Positions 34,250 to 46,948 of a stretch of DNA of 64,000 bases are shown here, in pieces. The DNA is from Cladosporium halotolerans. Its lineage: Eukaryota. The notes under the pieces were generated by a model. That model ran no database searches, had not been told where the DNA came from, and saw nothing but the letters and a program-made list of their open reading frames with translations. Positions within the stretch are counted from its first letter, which is position 1. Each line of letters begins with the position of its first letter. A program made the position numbers and the translations under genes. Location of the stretch: contig NW_027191481.1 in assembly GCF_011745625.1 (NCBI RefSeq), forward strand, positions 186,001 through 250,000, in the 5' to 3' direction.

Positions 34250-34897
34250 TGCTATAGAGTAATAAAGCACCCTTCCGAGCCGGTACAATCAGCTCACCTA
34301 CCATCGCATATACCCCACTGCCGACAGTCGTATGTCGTTCAAAATGACGATGCAGGAATACGCCAGGTTCACCGAGACGGACAGGGCAGATCGCCTGCCG
34401 ACATCCGTCACGTCGGAATGTCTGGCAAATGGTGTTTTGAGATCTTGAGATGCAGAAGGACAGGATCTCGATGTCTGCATGTCCCGACGAAGGATTCCCA
34501 TGCGGTGATTGATCGGCAGGGCCTTGGTGCCGTGCATGGGTATGCTTGTCGCAATGCGGTGCACCACAAGGAGCCACAAATGACCCGCTAGCGTGACTAA
34601 AGCGACTTCCATCTCGGGGATGGCGTGACGGGTGTTGTTCGCCAGATCAAGACGTGGGATGATACTGGTGGCAATTTGGTGACATTATTGTCACGTTATA
34701 AGTACACACCACAGGTCGTCCGCAGCTCGTATCGTGCCAGTGACATGCAGAAAGCTTGATGTGTCGTTAGCTCAACCCGGCCCCGCAAACGAGCACTCCC
34801 CAGCTCGAACGTCGATTCATAGATCTCCGACCATCCATATCATAACACACGACAACGCTTGCGAGCTTCACAAGTAACCACGCAGTCCATTCTGAAT

Positions 34898-35756
34898 ATG
34901 GGCAGCGCAGGCCCCGGAGAGCAGGAGGTCGTCACAATCCTCGTGACCGGTTTCGGCGTAAGGCCTCCCACGACATCCTCCTTCGCCACATCCCCACGAA
35001 ACTGCGCCCTCACGCACAAAATACAAAAACCCCAAAACAAAAACTAACACTCTCCCCTCCCAGCCCTTCCAAGACCTCTACCCCGTAAACCCCTCCTACG
35101 AAATCACCAAGCGCCTCCCCGCCCTCCTCCCCCAACTCCCCGGCCACGCCACCACCATCCGCATAATAACCCACCCGGACCCCATCCGCGTCAGCTACAC
35201 CGCCGTCCGCGACCTCGTCCCCGCCCTGCTGTCTTCCTACGTCGACACCGTCGACCTCGTCCTGCACATCGGCATGGCGTCCGGCCGCGCCCACTACACG
35301 CTCGAGCGCCTCGGCCACCGCGACGGGTACAGCAAGAACCCCGATGTGGACGGCGAGCGGCTGGCGCCGGACGCCGGGCTGCGGGATTTCGGCGACTGCA
35401 AGCACATTCTCACCACGACGCTGGAGTACGACGAGGTGCTGGCGGGGTGGGAGGCGAATCTGCGCGAGGGGGCGGCGGACGGCAAGGCGGTTGTTAGGGT
35501 CGAGGAGAGCAATGATCCCGGGCACTATCTTTGTGACTACATTTACTTTAATAGTCTTGCGTGGTTTGCGCGGAGGAATCAGAAGCTGACGGATGGGAAG
35601 GTGGAGGACCGGCCGGTGCTGTTTTTGCATGTGCCGGCGGAGAGCGATGAGGAGACGTTGAAGAGGGGCGTGGGGGCGACGACGGCGCTGTTGAGGAGTA
35701 TGGCCGATAGCTGGTCGGTGTCGAAGCGGTATCAGAAGACGATTCATGTTTCTTGA
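34898..35756 (+). CDS. Pyroglutamyl peptidase I (peptidase C15)
   Basis: Exons 34898-34957 and 35064-35756. ILVTGFGPF, NPS, LHIGM, triad motifs TLER, DPGHYLCDYIY, FLHVP. Confidence 0.9.
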
Positions 35757-36303
35757 GGTTGTGGGTGTTGACGGAGGTGGAATTGGATGACAAATGGATG
35801 TGGCGAGTACATACGAGGCAGCACGCGTGCCTTTTTGGTTTCCGCGACACGCACAAGAGATACCCGGCACACGAATCGAGTAAGTAAGATATCATTGAAC
35901 GCAATCGTACATCTCGCGAAAAATATCCGCTTTCGTTATTCAATTGAAAACTGAGAAACTGTTCTCTCGCCATGAGTCACCACGGAAATAAATCAAGCGT
36001 CGTTACAGGCGGCATCGATAGACCGTAACAGCTATGAAATCCCGGCGACACCAACAGGACAACCTCCGTACCGTACTGATACAGCAACTCCCATTCCAAA
36101 GCTTCTCCTCCCACTAACTCCCAAAACGCTGGAACACAGCAAAGCAAAGAGTTATCCAACAAATGCCCCAGATCCCTACCGTTCGTCAGACAAGGCTTCT
36201 TCCAAGCCCGCCTTTCAATCCCGTTACAACCCCAAACGCCCGGCTTCGTGAAGCGCAATTTGAAAACACAAGGTACACTAGAAAAGGAAAAAGCGCCAAT
36301 CAA

Positions 36304-39300
36304 TCAAGAAGGCGCCATATCGAAGTCCGCCTGCCGCCTCAGCTCAGCCAGCTCAGCCAACGAGGTCGAGACTTGCGTGAGGACGTCGTCCATCGGGCAG
36401 GCCTGCGAGAGCATCCCGTCCTTGAACGGGCGAATCATGTTGCGGATTGCAAGGGTGGAGATGCAGGTCTGTTTCTCGCAAGTCAGCAACAGCACACAAT
36501 TTTTATCACGAAACTCCCCCAGGAGACACCGCAAGAAAAAAACTCACCTCAATCCTACTGATCTGGTGCTCGACGAAATTCACCAAGAACCGATCCGTCA
36601 CCTCCGCCTCGCGCTGCTTCATGCGCTCCAGCAGCGCCGTCTCCGGCGGCTTCAGCGTCGTCTGGCCCGTGCTCTCCAGGCTCGAGCACAGCATTTCGAG
36701 CCGGAGGCTCACGTTCCACAGGTCCCACACGTTCTGCGTGTCGACCGTCAGCGGCTGCCCGCGCTGCCGGCTCGTCAGCTGGTCTTTCTCGTCGTTGCGG
36801 CGCGCCTCGGCCTCGGCTTTCTGTTGTTGGATGAGCAGGCGCGACGCCAGGCTGTGCGGGTACATTAGGTAGATGTACTCTGGGTTCTCGAGGCCTTTGA
36901 GGGTTCGCTGGCCGAGGTCTTTGACTTCGAAGCCTTGCGAGGAGAGGGAGCGGAGTTCGCGGCGGATGGCTTCGGACATCAGATCGTCGGACAGCGTGTC
37001 CTCGCTGCCGGTGGAGTTGGTGCGATCAGTCTCGATGTGGGACTCGAGCAGGCGCTGGACCTCGGCGATGAAATCGGACGACACGCAGATCTGGCCGCCG
37101 TCGGCGACACCCTCGATACGCGCCGCGCGGTTGACCATGGGGCCAAAGTAGTCCATGCGCTTGGTGACGGGGTCGACTTCACACACGGGCTGGCCCCAGT
37201 GGATGCCCATGCGGACGCTGAGGCCGCGGAAGATGACGTTGCCGTCGGCGTCCTGGACTTCATCGCCGTGGACGGAGGATAGGATTTCCTGCGGCCATTG
37301 GACTTCGAGCAGCTGCGATTGGATGGTGAAGCACCACAGCAGGGCGCTCGTGACGGTCGGGAAGGCGACCATGAAAGCGTCGCCTTCGGTCTTGACTTCA
37401 TAGCCGCCGATGATGCGCAGGTGCCGGCGCATGACCTCGTTGTGCATACGGATGGCGGAGCGCATGGCGATCGGGTATGTCTCCCACAGAATCGTCGAGT
37501 TCTTGATGTCCGTGAACACGAGCGTGACATCGCCGACAGGAGCCTCGACCTCTTGGTCGAGACGCGCGAGCTTCGAGTCGCCCACATTCTCCCTGCCGCG
37601 CTTCGCCTTGCGTCCAGCGCTGAAGTAGTCCAGCGGAGGCGAGCCTGACGGACCCATGCTCATGCTGTGCGTGCGGATCTTTGCGCGCTCGCGCTTCCGC
37701 AGGTCGGTGACTCCGATCATCATGACCATGATCTTTCCCGTGGCGCCGAAAGCGATGGCGAGGTCTCTCAGCTTCTGGGCCGCACGCATGAGGTCACCTC
37801 GCTCAGAGCGAGCCACATCGACAGCGAAATCCGGCGTCAGGTAGTCCCAAAGCTCGCGAGAAGCCAGAAGGATCATCTCGTCGGACTCTTTGAGCGTAAC
37901 TTGCACGACGTGCGGCGCGGCGATAACGCAAGGCGTGAGCTGGACGAAACCGAAGGCGCGCGAGACATCAAGCTGGTCGTTCAGCTTGCCTTGCCTTGAC
38001 ACATAGCCGCCTGCTTCACGGATGCGCTGTCGCTCGAGTGTCTCGGCCGGGTCGTGCTTGCGAGTGATCACACGGTGGCCACCCTCCGACTGGATGAGAA
38101 GTGCCTGCGCGTCACCCACGTTCGACATGTAAAGCTCCATGCCATGCATATACATGACCGTCGCAACGCTTCCGCTGTTCATGTCATCGTCGCCCAGCTC
38201 AGGTCCCGAGACGCTGCCTCGGTGAACGATGTTGCTGCCCGGATGTTCCCTCTCATTGATGGCTTGCATGGCAGCCGTCGCGAGATCCTTGTTCAAGCCA
38301 AGGTACGTCCGCCTCAGCGCATCAACGGGCGTCTCCCCCGCCTTGATCTTGTCCAGCTCCTCGATCAGGACGTGCTTGAACTTCTCGTGCAGATACTTGG
38401 CGACGCGGCTTCCGCCGGAGGAGAGCGATTGGCCATCGAACAGACCGATGAGAGTTTCGGCTTCGTGGCCGCGGAAGCGAGGTACAACCATGTCCAGCGT
38501 AGAGAGGTGTTCATTGCGGCCCAAGGTATCTGCCATGCCATAAGGCATGCTAGTACCAATGACGGAACCTGCTGTCCTGATACGCCGATCTGGTCCCTGG
38601 TCGGGGATGGAAGGAATGGTCAGAGTCACGTCCATGAGACCGAGAATGCGCAGGTTGACGAGCGATGAAAAGTCGGTAAGGTCTCTAGACTCCCGACCAG
38701 TCACAGCGTTGGGGTTCTGCTTGATCTCAAGTCGCTTGTTGCCAGACAGGTTGAGATACCGGAGCTGGTGGTTCCAATTCCAGTTCCAGTCGTACGGCCA
38801 GTTCGACACGTTGTACTTGAGCATGTTGCTACCAACGTCAAGGATCGCGAGCTTCTGGACTTTGCCGAGTTCTGCAGGAAGCACCTGGAACTTGTTGCTG
38901 TTGATGTGGAGCACCTTGAGCGAAGACCCTTCTTCCAAGTCTTCCGCAGGGAGAGACGAGAGGTCATTTCCCGACAGGTAGAGCTCTGTGAGATGGTTCC
39001 ACCTCTTGATCGTCCGAGGCGGAATATCGTACAGCTGGTTGTAAGAAAGGTTGAGAATTCTCAGCTCCGGCAGCAAAACGATCTCATTGAACACATCATC
39101 TTCAAGCCTGTTGTCAGCCAAGAACAAGTGCCTCAGCGACGTGGAGAACGTGTTCGCCAAGCGACCGGAGAGCGTAGAGTCTTTCCTGTTGCTCGGTGTC
39201 ATGGTGCTCACACTACCCGCCGTGTTAGTCCGGGGAATGCCGCCCATCTTCTGCGAAGAGTGTGAGACGACCGAGCCCTTGCGAGAAGCTCCACCCGGCG

Positions 39301-42300
39301 AACTAGACACGCTGAGCATTCCCGAGGCTTGACTTGGCCTGCGAAGAGAGAAGTCTTCCAACTTGCCCAGCTCTTCGAATTCCTGACTGTTATTCATACC
39401 GGTTCCCTGCTGGGGCGTAGTACCACCCGACTCAGGCAGGGCCGGCAAGGGGTTGCCGGGCTTGGGGAACTCGCTGAGCACGTTAGAGGACAGATTCAAT
39501 GTCTCCAAACGCTTGGCGAACCAGATCTCCGGGGGAAGGCGGTCGAGGTTGTTCTCTCTCACATCCAAATATCTCAACTCGGTCAACCGGCCGATCTCTG
39601 CCGGCATGCGATTGAGTTCGTTCTTCGCAATGCTGAGATACTCCAGCTTCAAAAGATTCCCGAATTGCGGTGATAGTGACACAAAGTGATTCTTGCTGAT
39701 GGTGAGCTTGGTCAAGTTCGACATCTTCATAAACAGAGCGTCAGGTAATTGAGAGAGCTTGGCGGAAGCAAGGTTGAGCACTGAGAGCGTTGGAACGGGG
39801 GCGTTGAGATCGAAGCGTGTGACCGGGTTGTGATTCAGATACAGCACCCTCAGGCGTGAGAAGGAGCCTTCGAAAGCGGAGATGGAGTTGTGGCCAAGCA
39901 TGAGCATTTCCAGTTTGGGCAATTGAGAGACGATATCCATGTTGTTGATGCCGTTGAAGCGAGCATCAATCTCTTTCAGATTAGCTAGTTTGCCAAAGGA
40001 GTCGTGAAGCGGACCAACGAGCCTGTTGTTGGTGGCCCACAGCCTTTCGAGGTTCGTGAAGTTGCCAATATCGCCCAGATCCGAGATGGAGTTGAAACTC
40101 ACGTCTAAATCCACGAGTGTCGCAAGGCCTCTCAAGGCTTCAGGGAATTCATTGAGGTTGTTTGATGAGAGGTTGAGACTGCGAAGAGCGCCAAACCGGT
40201 CGAAGTACTGCGGGATGTTGCCCAGGATGTTGTTGGAAAGCTTCAAGCTCACGAGACCAGAGAGCTTGAACAATTCTGCGTGTTCCAACTGCTCCAGCCT
40301 GTTGTTCGAGATGTCAAGCATGGTCAATTTCAGAGCAAGCGGTAAGCTTGGTGGTATCCGCCAGGCCTCGTTGCTGGTGTACTTGATCTCGCGCAACTGC
40401 GTGCAGCTCTGTACGAAATCTTTCGGGATGTCGAGTTTCAGATTCCTGGAGAGGTTGAGAGTGATAATCTCGGTGGCCTTCTGGTACAGGGCGATGGGGA
40501 TGGTGATGAGATTGCGCCCTGATAGATCAATGTGGTTGAAGCGCTGCATTTTGTTGAACCCTGGATCGCGTTCCAGACTCGAATAGCCACTCATCTTGGA
40601 TGGTAAGAACGTGAATCGACAGAGGTAACCATGGTCTTCTCGGCCAAGATCCTCGAGCTTGTCGTTTTCTTGATACCCGGCAAGCTCCAGTAGCCGCTTC
40701 TGCATCACAAGTGGCCTTTCTCCAGCCTCAAGCTGCCGACTTGTATCCTGCTTGCGCATAACAATCTGATAATTGTCGAGCTCGTCTTGAAGGAAGGTCT
40801 TCTTCGCCATCATCGATATCAGTTCGGCTGCAGTGGTGTTCAGGCTCGCCGAAATGACTGCAAACGTGCTGTCCGCTCGGAAGATTCGCATGAAGTACAT
40901 AGGACCAGGATCTTCGTCTCCAGGCATGTTGCCGTCTTCGTCGATCTCTCGTAATCGCTCGACGTTCTCGTCTGTTTTTCGCTTGACTGCCCAGCTGTCT
41001 GGTGCGTCCCAAGTACCTGCTTCTTCTTTCGGTGGTTCTTTTGCTGCGGGTTGCTCCCCTATTCCAGTATAAATCTCGCTGGCTGGGGGTGTCATTGGTG
41101 GTTGTCTCCGATCGATGATACCCTCCATATCTGTCAAATCGGTGTTCAAATGCCACAGCGCTGAACCCTCCTCCGGCCCATGTATGTTTGGATCTTTTGC
41201 TTGTCTTGATTCAGAGCTTGTCTCACCTCGCTGCTTTCTGAACGGCAGCTTGGACTGTTTCTGTGTCGCAGAGCCATTTGTGCCTTCAGACCTGCGCGCT
41301 GAAGGTCGAGACACTGACGCGGTGTCCATGCGCGTCTTACTGGGTCTTTGTACTTGCTGGTTCTGAAGCGATGTCGTGGATGCCGACGAGCCCAATCCTT
41401 CCGCCGCACCTTTTTCTGGCTTGTGCCGGCCTGTAATGCGGTCGAATACTGAGCGCTTCGGCTCGCGGCCACTAGGCGATCGCTGCGCAATACCGTTGTC
41501 CCGACTCTGCGCGCTCTTAACGCTTGGTGACGGGCTGGTTGCTCGGCTTCGTAGGTTCAGTGTCGAGCTCATTGTCGACCCAGATCGTAGAGGGTTTCCG
41601 GTGTGTTCTCGGCTTGTGTCTGCCCGAAGTGGGAAACCAAATCCGCCGGTCTGCTTGTCGTCCTGGCTGCGGTTATGCTTATGCTTTGGAAGGTGCAGGC
41701 GGTGGCCTCCGAGCGAGGGTTTGTGCGAGCGACCGTTGTTGCCTTGTTCGTTTTGCGATCCTTGATTGTTGTTCGACGACTCCTGCTAGATTCATCAGTC
41801 ACCAGTCCCTTCTGCTCCTCCGTGTCTAGCCGCCTCTGATGTCTGGCACTTACCTGCGGGTCTTGAAACACCCACGGCGTCACCTCACTACTGGGCGCAG
41901 GTGTCCGTGGGCGCGAACTTCCGGGACTAGGCGGTCCACTCCCTCTCAGCATGGCATCGTTCATCGAGTTGTTCCTATTGCGCGAAGAACCTTGGGCGAA
42001 CCCTGGCACGGCGTTCTTCAAGGAGCTTGTCTCTGAGTTCTGCCTGCTGTATCCCACATATCTGCCAGAGGGGTCGTTTGCGATGTCCTCTCCAAAAAAT
42101 CCCTGGAGCTTTTTCTGGAACTTATTGCCAATGCTTCCTTTCGAGCCTTGCGACGAGATCGTCGTCGCGCTGGCTATGGAGGGCCGCCTGTCTTCGCCAC
42201 CTTCTGTGAATCCCATTCCACCCGGCAACGCACACCCTGGAGACACCTGGCCTAGGTTCTCGGTGGAATCGTCGAAGTATGAGCCGAAGACGGAGCTAGG

Positions 42301-42963
42301 CATTTGTCGGCCATCACTTCTGCCGCTGGCCCAAGGCGGAGGCGCATTTGAAGTTGGAGGATGGCGATTGATCGCGGGCGTACTAGTCGATCCGTGATGT
42401 ATGGGAAACTCGGTACGGTGTTGGTCGCCTGGCTGCTCCATGGGCGAAGGGCCAGAGTCGTCCCATGGCGCGATGTCGGCTCGAGAAGAGTACGGTTGCG
42501 ATGTGGAGGGCAGGGTGCCTGGAGAGACAGCAGGCTCGTCGAGTCTGCGCAAGCAGATGTTAGCACTCGTGATGGTCTGCGGCATGCCTAGGCTCGCATG
42601 CGCGGAGCCGCGCGCGGCAAAAGCATCTGCAGCTAAGCGTCCGGTGAGCTCGCACGGCTGTGCGCCCTCGTCTGGTCCAGCACGACGGAGCGACGGAGCT
42701 GCGCATTGCGCTGCAACACACCAGAAAGACAATTCGAGCGCGCAGACCTACCTAGACCTCTCGCCCGACTTCAATTTCCCAACTGCTGTTCCCTTCGCGT
42801 CTTTGCCAGGACCTCTCACGGTGTCCGTCGATCTGTAGCTCTCGGCGGAGCCATGGCGCTGCTGGTATTCCGGCGGTGGTCCGCCATCATCGGTTCCTGA
42901 GCTAGCCGTGTGCTTGCTTATGGGGTTGCTCGTGATGTTGCTGATCTTCCCGCGCAGCGTCAT
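36304..42963 (-). CDS. CYR1: Fungal adenylate cyclase
   Basis: Exons 42963-42752, 42544-41854, 41782-36548, 36468-36304. SSEVTPW region, Ras-association domain (MRIFRADSTF), many LRRs, PP2C-like domain, cyclase domain (VFTDIKNST, GYEVKTEGDAFMV, MDYFGPMVNRAAR). Exon 1 is less certain than the rest. Confidence 0.95.
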
Positions 42964-43885
42964 GCTCCCGCCGGCTTGCCCGCGCGGCGGCGGGTTTCAG
43001 AGGAGGTTCGTGAAAGGGAGTGGTGAGGTGCCGCGGCGGGCGAGGAGAGACGGCGAGATGCTAGCTGGGTCCCATCAAGAGCTGTGCTGCGACACGTCGG
43101 AGCGTTGCGGTGGCGGCTTCGGCGTGTGGTGGTGCTGCGATGGTGGAGCAGACGCAGCTTGTGGTGAGCTGGCGAAGGCGGTTGTCTGTGGCTGCACGAG
43201 GCGAGGCGTGGGGAGGATCTGGGGCTGCGTGGTGGGCTGATGACGGCGCTATGGAATGGCTGTATGGCAACTAGCTAAGGTAAGGTAGCAGGGCGGAGGG
43301 CACAGATCTCCAAGAATGCTTCTCGGCTTCCTGCGCGCCGAGCGGTCCACTGGTCCACTGGCGCCCTGCCTTTATCGCATTATCGAGCAGCTGGTGCTGG
43401 CGATACCGCGTGCGCCCGCTGCTTCCCCGAACTATAGCGCGGGCGGGCGAGAGCGTAGAGTGGCTGGCCGCGACGCAGTGGCACGAATGAAAGGATCCCT
43501 ACAGGCACACGAGAGGAGGGCCGAACAAGACGTGCCGAACAAGGCGTGCCGGACGCAGACGCTCGTGCAGCCTCGCTCGGGCAAATGGCCAGCCGCTCAC
43601 GCCGCTGTCCAACCGGCGCTGCAGAGGCAGAGGTGCCATCAGCTCGGCGGTAGTACGTATACGTTGGAGCAGCCTTTCTTAGGCACGCACCATGTTGCAG
43701 AGCTGCCTTGCCGTCGGACAAACAATTGAATGCGCTGGAAGCTTTTGCTTAGACTCGACGGCCGCAATAATGGCTGGTGCAGTCCAATCCAATCCGCTGC
43801 CGCGCCATGCCCACGACCGTAGACAGCCGCCCTCGCGCGGCTGCGCGCAGAGCTTGGGCGTTTGCCCCGCAATGCTCGCATGATC

Positions 43886-43920
43886 CCTCTCACGCCTCTC
43901 ACGCCTCTCACGCCTCTCAC
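43886..43920. repeat. 9-nt tandem repeat (CCTCTCACG) x3.9
   Basis: Perfect repeats in the divergent intergenic region between the adenylate cyclase and aldolase genes. Confidence 0.9.
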
Positions 43921-44734
43921 CACGGACTAAGGGAGGCACCGATATATTTAGCTGAGACATTCATCCCGCCTCTATATCACATTTGCTGCCTTCAGCTCGC
44001 CTGTCAGCCTGTGTTCCGACTGCGATCGCGGTGCGTCGCATTGCCGCTTCAGCTCTCGCAATGCCATCCTTGCTATCCCATGGCTGCTCACCTCACTTAC
44101 GAGATCGTGCCTTCCGTGACCAGCAATTCGGCCCGACATTGTCACGGGATTCCCAGAATATTACATACACTCCCGTTGATGGGTTCCCGACTATATAGGT
44201 CAGCATCTTTGACTTGGTTATAGTATCCTATCCGACATACATGGTCACAATGGACTCCAATCAGCTTGTTTTCAGCTGAGGCCGATATTCGGCGCTCGCA
44301 CTCCATGCACGCAAAGACGAGACGAATCTGTTGCATTGAGATTGCCTTCACGCCTCACTTGTGGGTCAACAGCCATAAGTCCAATTGATTAGAGAGGCCG
44401 GGGATTGTTCATGGCGCTTGGTGAACAACTAACCGCAACAATCTGATAGGAAAGCGAGTAGGTATTTTCAAACCAGGGTGGAAAGACCCCTGCTTTCAGT
44501 CTGCTAGTGCGCATACCCGGCGAATCTTCACACGCCCTGTGTCAGATCCACCTAGTGATTTTAGTGAATGTAACGCCAGATTACCCTCGTTATCGCAAGA
44601 ACTTACGTTAATCGGCTTATCTGCCGCCGCTTGGCGATCATGCGTTCCAGAAGCATAATACCTACTCGCCATGCTTGTTTGTGATTCCGTCTAAACACTG
44701 CGTCTAACTCACCAAGTCACACGAACCCGCAGCC

Positions 44735-45838
44735 ATGTATCAACCAACCGTAGGCCAACCCCTCTCAGGCCTCGACACGCCCTCCATGATCGTCGACCTC
44801 GACCTCATGGAAGCCAACATCAAAACCCTCTTCGACACCCTGCTCCCCACCGGCCGCAACATCCGCCCTCACCTGAAAACTACCAAGAGCGTCGCCCTCG
44901 CGCGCAAACTCGAAGCCGCGGGAGCAAAAGGCTGCTGCGTCGCGAAGGTCTCCGAAGCCGAAGTCGTCGCCCGTGCGGGGTTCGACGACATCCTCATCAC
45001 CTCGCCCATCATCGGCAAGCTGAAGGTCGAGAGGCTCGTGGAGCTTTTCAGGCACCATCGCAGGATCAGAGTCGCCGTCGACAGCGACGTCGGCGCCACG
45101 GCTATCGACGCTGCGCTTGCGGGCTCTGGTATCGAGGAACCTATTTCTGTCCTGATCGATCTCGACGTCGGCCTGCACAGGACGGGCGTCAAACCCGGCC
45201 GGCCGGCTCTCGATCTCGCCCATCATGTCCAGAGACTCCCACACCTGCGTCTGATCGGCCTGCAGGGCTACGAAGGCCACGTGCAGCACGTCTGGGGCCA
45301 CGAAGACCGCAAGGCCCAATGCCTGGAGTCGATGAAGATCCTCACCGACACGGCCTCCGCGCTGCGAGCCGAGGGCTTCACCATCGACGTTGTCACGACC
45401 GGCGGCACCGGCACGGCCGAGACCTGCGCCTCCGTCCCGGGCGTCACGGAGCTGCAGCCGGGGTCTTTCATCTTCATGGACACGGACTACCGCAACGCCA
45501 TCGGCGCGGCCTACGCCAACAGCCTGACGCTGCTCGCGACCGTCATCAGCAAGCAGGGCGAGCGCCAGGTGACGATCGACGCGGGGCTGAAGTCGCTGAC
45601 GACGGACAGCGGGCTGGCGGAGTGCAGGGACGCGAGGTACGCGCATCGGAACCTGGGCGACGAGCAGGGCTCGCTGAGCTGGGAGGAGGGGACGCCGGAG
45701 TTGAGGATTGGGGATAGAGTCGAGATGGTGCCCAGTCATATTGACCCGACGGTCAATTTGCATGATTTCTACTATGCGCATCGCAAGGGGGTCATTGAGG
45801 AGATTTGGAAGGTGGATTCGAGGGGGAAGGTTCAATAG
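44735..45838 (+). CDS. Fold-type III PLP enzyme, D-threonine aldolase / DSD1 family
   Basis: LDTPSMIVDLD, PLP-lysine motif RPHLKT, HRTGV, QGYEGH, TGGTGT, ELQPGSFIFMD, DAGLKS, PSHIDPTVNLHD. Intronless. Confidence 0.9.
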   Translation: MYQPTVGQPLSGLDTPSMIVDLDLMEANIKTLFDTLLPTGRNIRPHLKTTKSVALARKLEAAGAKGCCVAKVSEAEVVARAGFDDILITSPIIGKLKVERLVELFRHHRRIRVAVDSDVGATAIDAALAGSGIEEPISVLIDLDVGLHRTGVKPGRPALDLAHHVQRLPHLRLIGLQGYEGHVQHVWGHEDRKAQCLESMKILTDTASALRAEGFTIDVVTTGGTGTAETCASVPGVTELQPGSFIFMDTDYRNAIGAAYANSLTLLATVISKQGERQVTIDAGLKSLTTDSGLAECRDARYAHRNLGDEQGSLSWEEGTPELRIGDRVEMVPSHIDPTVNLHDFYYAHRKGVIEEIWKVDSRGKVQ

Positions 45839-45955
45839 TTTTGGGGGAGAGTATGAAAGTCATGAATGGGAATCGAAGCAATATGGCGAGGCCACGCTTC
45901 AGAAATTGATCGGATCTGCTTCGCTAGTCATGCTCATTGATCATGTTTGTCCGGG

Positions 45956-46948
45956 CTAGGTCTTGTTGGTCTGGACTGACTTGGTCCCATCTAGCTCAGA
46001 GGGCGCACTTTCAGCACGAGACGCTTCGACTTTGGTTTCTGCCGTCGGACTGAAGTGCTCGTGGATGGGAGAGAAGAGTTCTGGGCCACCTTCCTGACCG
46101 TAGTGTGGTGGAGGTGCAACATTCGCAAGACCGCCGTCGACGTGCGATGTGAGAGATGATTGCTCTCGCTTCTGTTGGCGACGACGCAGGAGGATCGTGA
46201 GAATAGCGATGGTAGCGATGAAAATGAAAGCACCTAGCCCCGCACCAATGCCGATAGCAGTCACATTTCTCGCCGTCATTGGCTTTGCCTTCGTTGACTG
46301 ATCTGGAAGCTCCGTGTTCTCGAATGCTCCATCTACAGTTGACGTGGGCGGTAACGTGGAGCTAGACGACGTGGTAATCCTCGATGTCCACACCGGCTCA
46401 CCGGCGATCATGGTTTGATCAACTGTGCTGCTCTGTCTTTCCGAAGTTGCAGATTCGAGAGTTGTGCGCGCGGCTACCTCGATCGATGAAGAGGTCGTAG
46501 GGTCCCGACTGATCCAAAACGGGGCAGAAAGGAATCCGCCGCTCAATTGGTCCTCTATCGAGCCGAATGCATTTCCTCCCCGGAAGCAGAAAGGCCGAGT
46601 GTTGTTCCCATGATCGTCCACAAACCACTCGAACGATGTCTTCGTGGTGGCAGCTGAACGGCGTGTCAGCCTTGATCAGGGCGGATACCTGCGGGGCTTA
46701 CTGATTATGCTGAATGCATCGTTCCACTGCTCGTCGTAGATTAGGTCGATGTCGACCAATGTGAGAATGCTCTCCCAGGAGATGGTCATGGTCGACCGGA
46801 CATCGAAGACCTGCCTGACTACCGTGTTGGGACTGGTGAATACCCCATCTTGATAGTGATCCGCTTGGGGTAGATCACTAAATGTTTGAGCAGAGGCATG
46901 TTCATACCAAGAAAGAGTCGCCAGGAGAACGATGGTCTTTCGTGCCAT
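45956..46948 (-). CDS. Type I membrane protein with signal peptide, Ser/Thr stalk and one TM (Mid2-like architecture)
   Basis: Exons 46948-46702 and 46653-45956 splice in frame. TM AIGIGAGLGAFIFIATIAILTILL followed by RRR. Confidence 0.8.

Noticed and set aside
34761..34835. GTTAGCTCAA resembling a tRNA A-box
   Set aside because: No T-loop GTTCRA, acceptor stem or cloverleaf.
35973..35979. TGAGTCA Gcn4/CpcA site
   Set aside because: It lies between two convergent 3' ends, not in a promoter.
44474..44495. GGAAAGACCCC resembling an LSU rRNA segment or a small hairpin
   Set aside because: The match is only about 11 nt with no flanking rRNA similarity.
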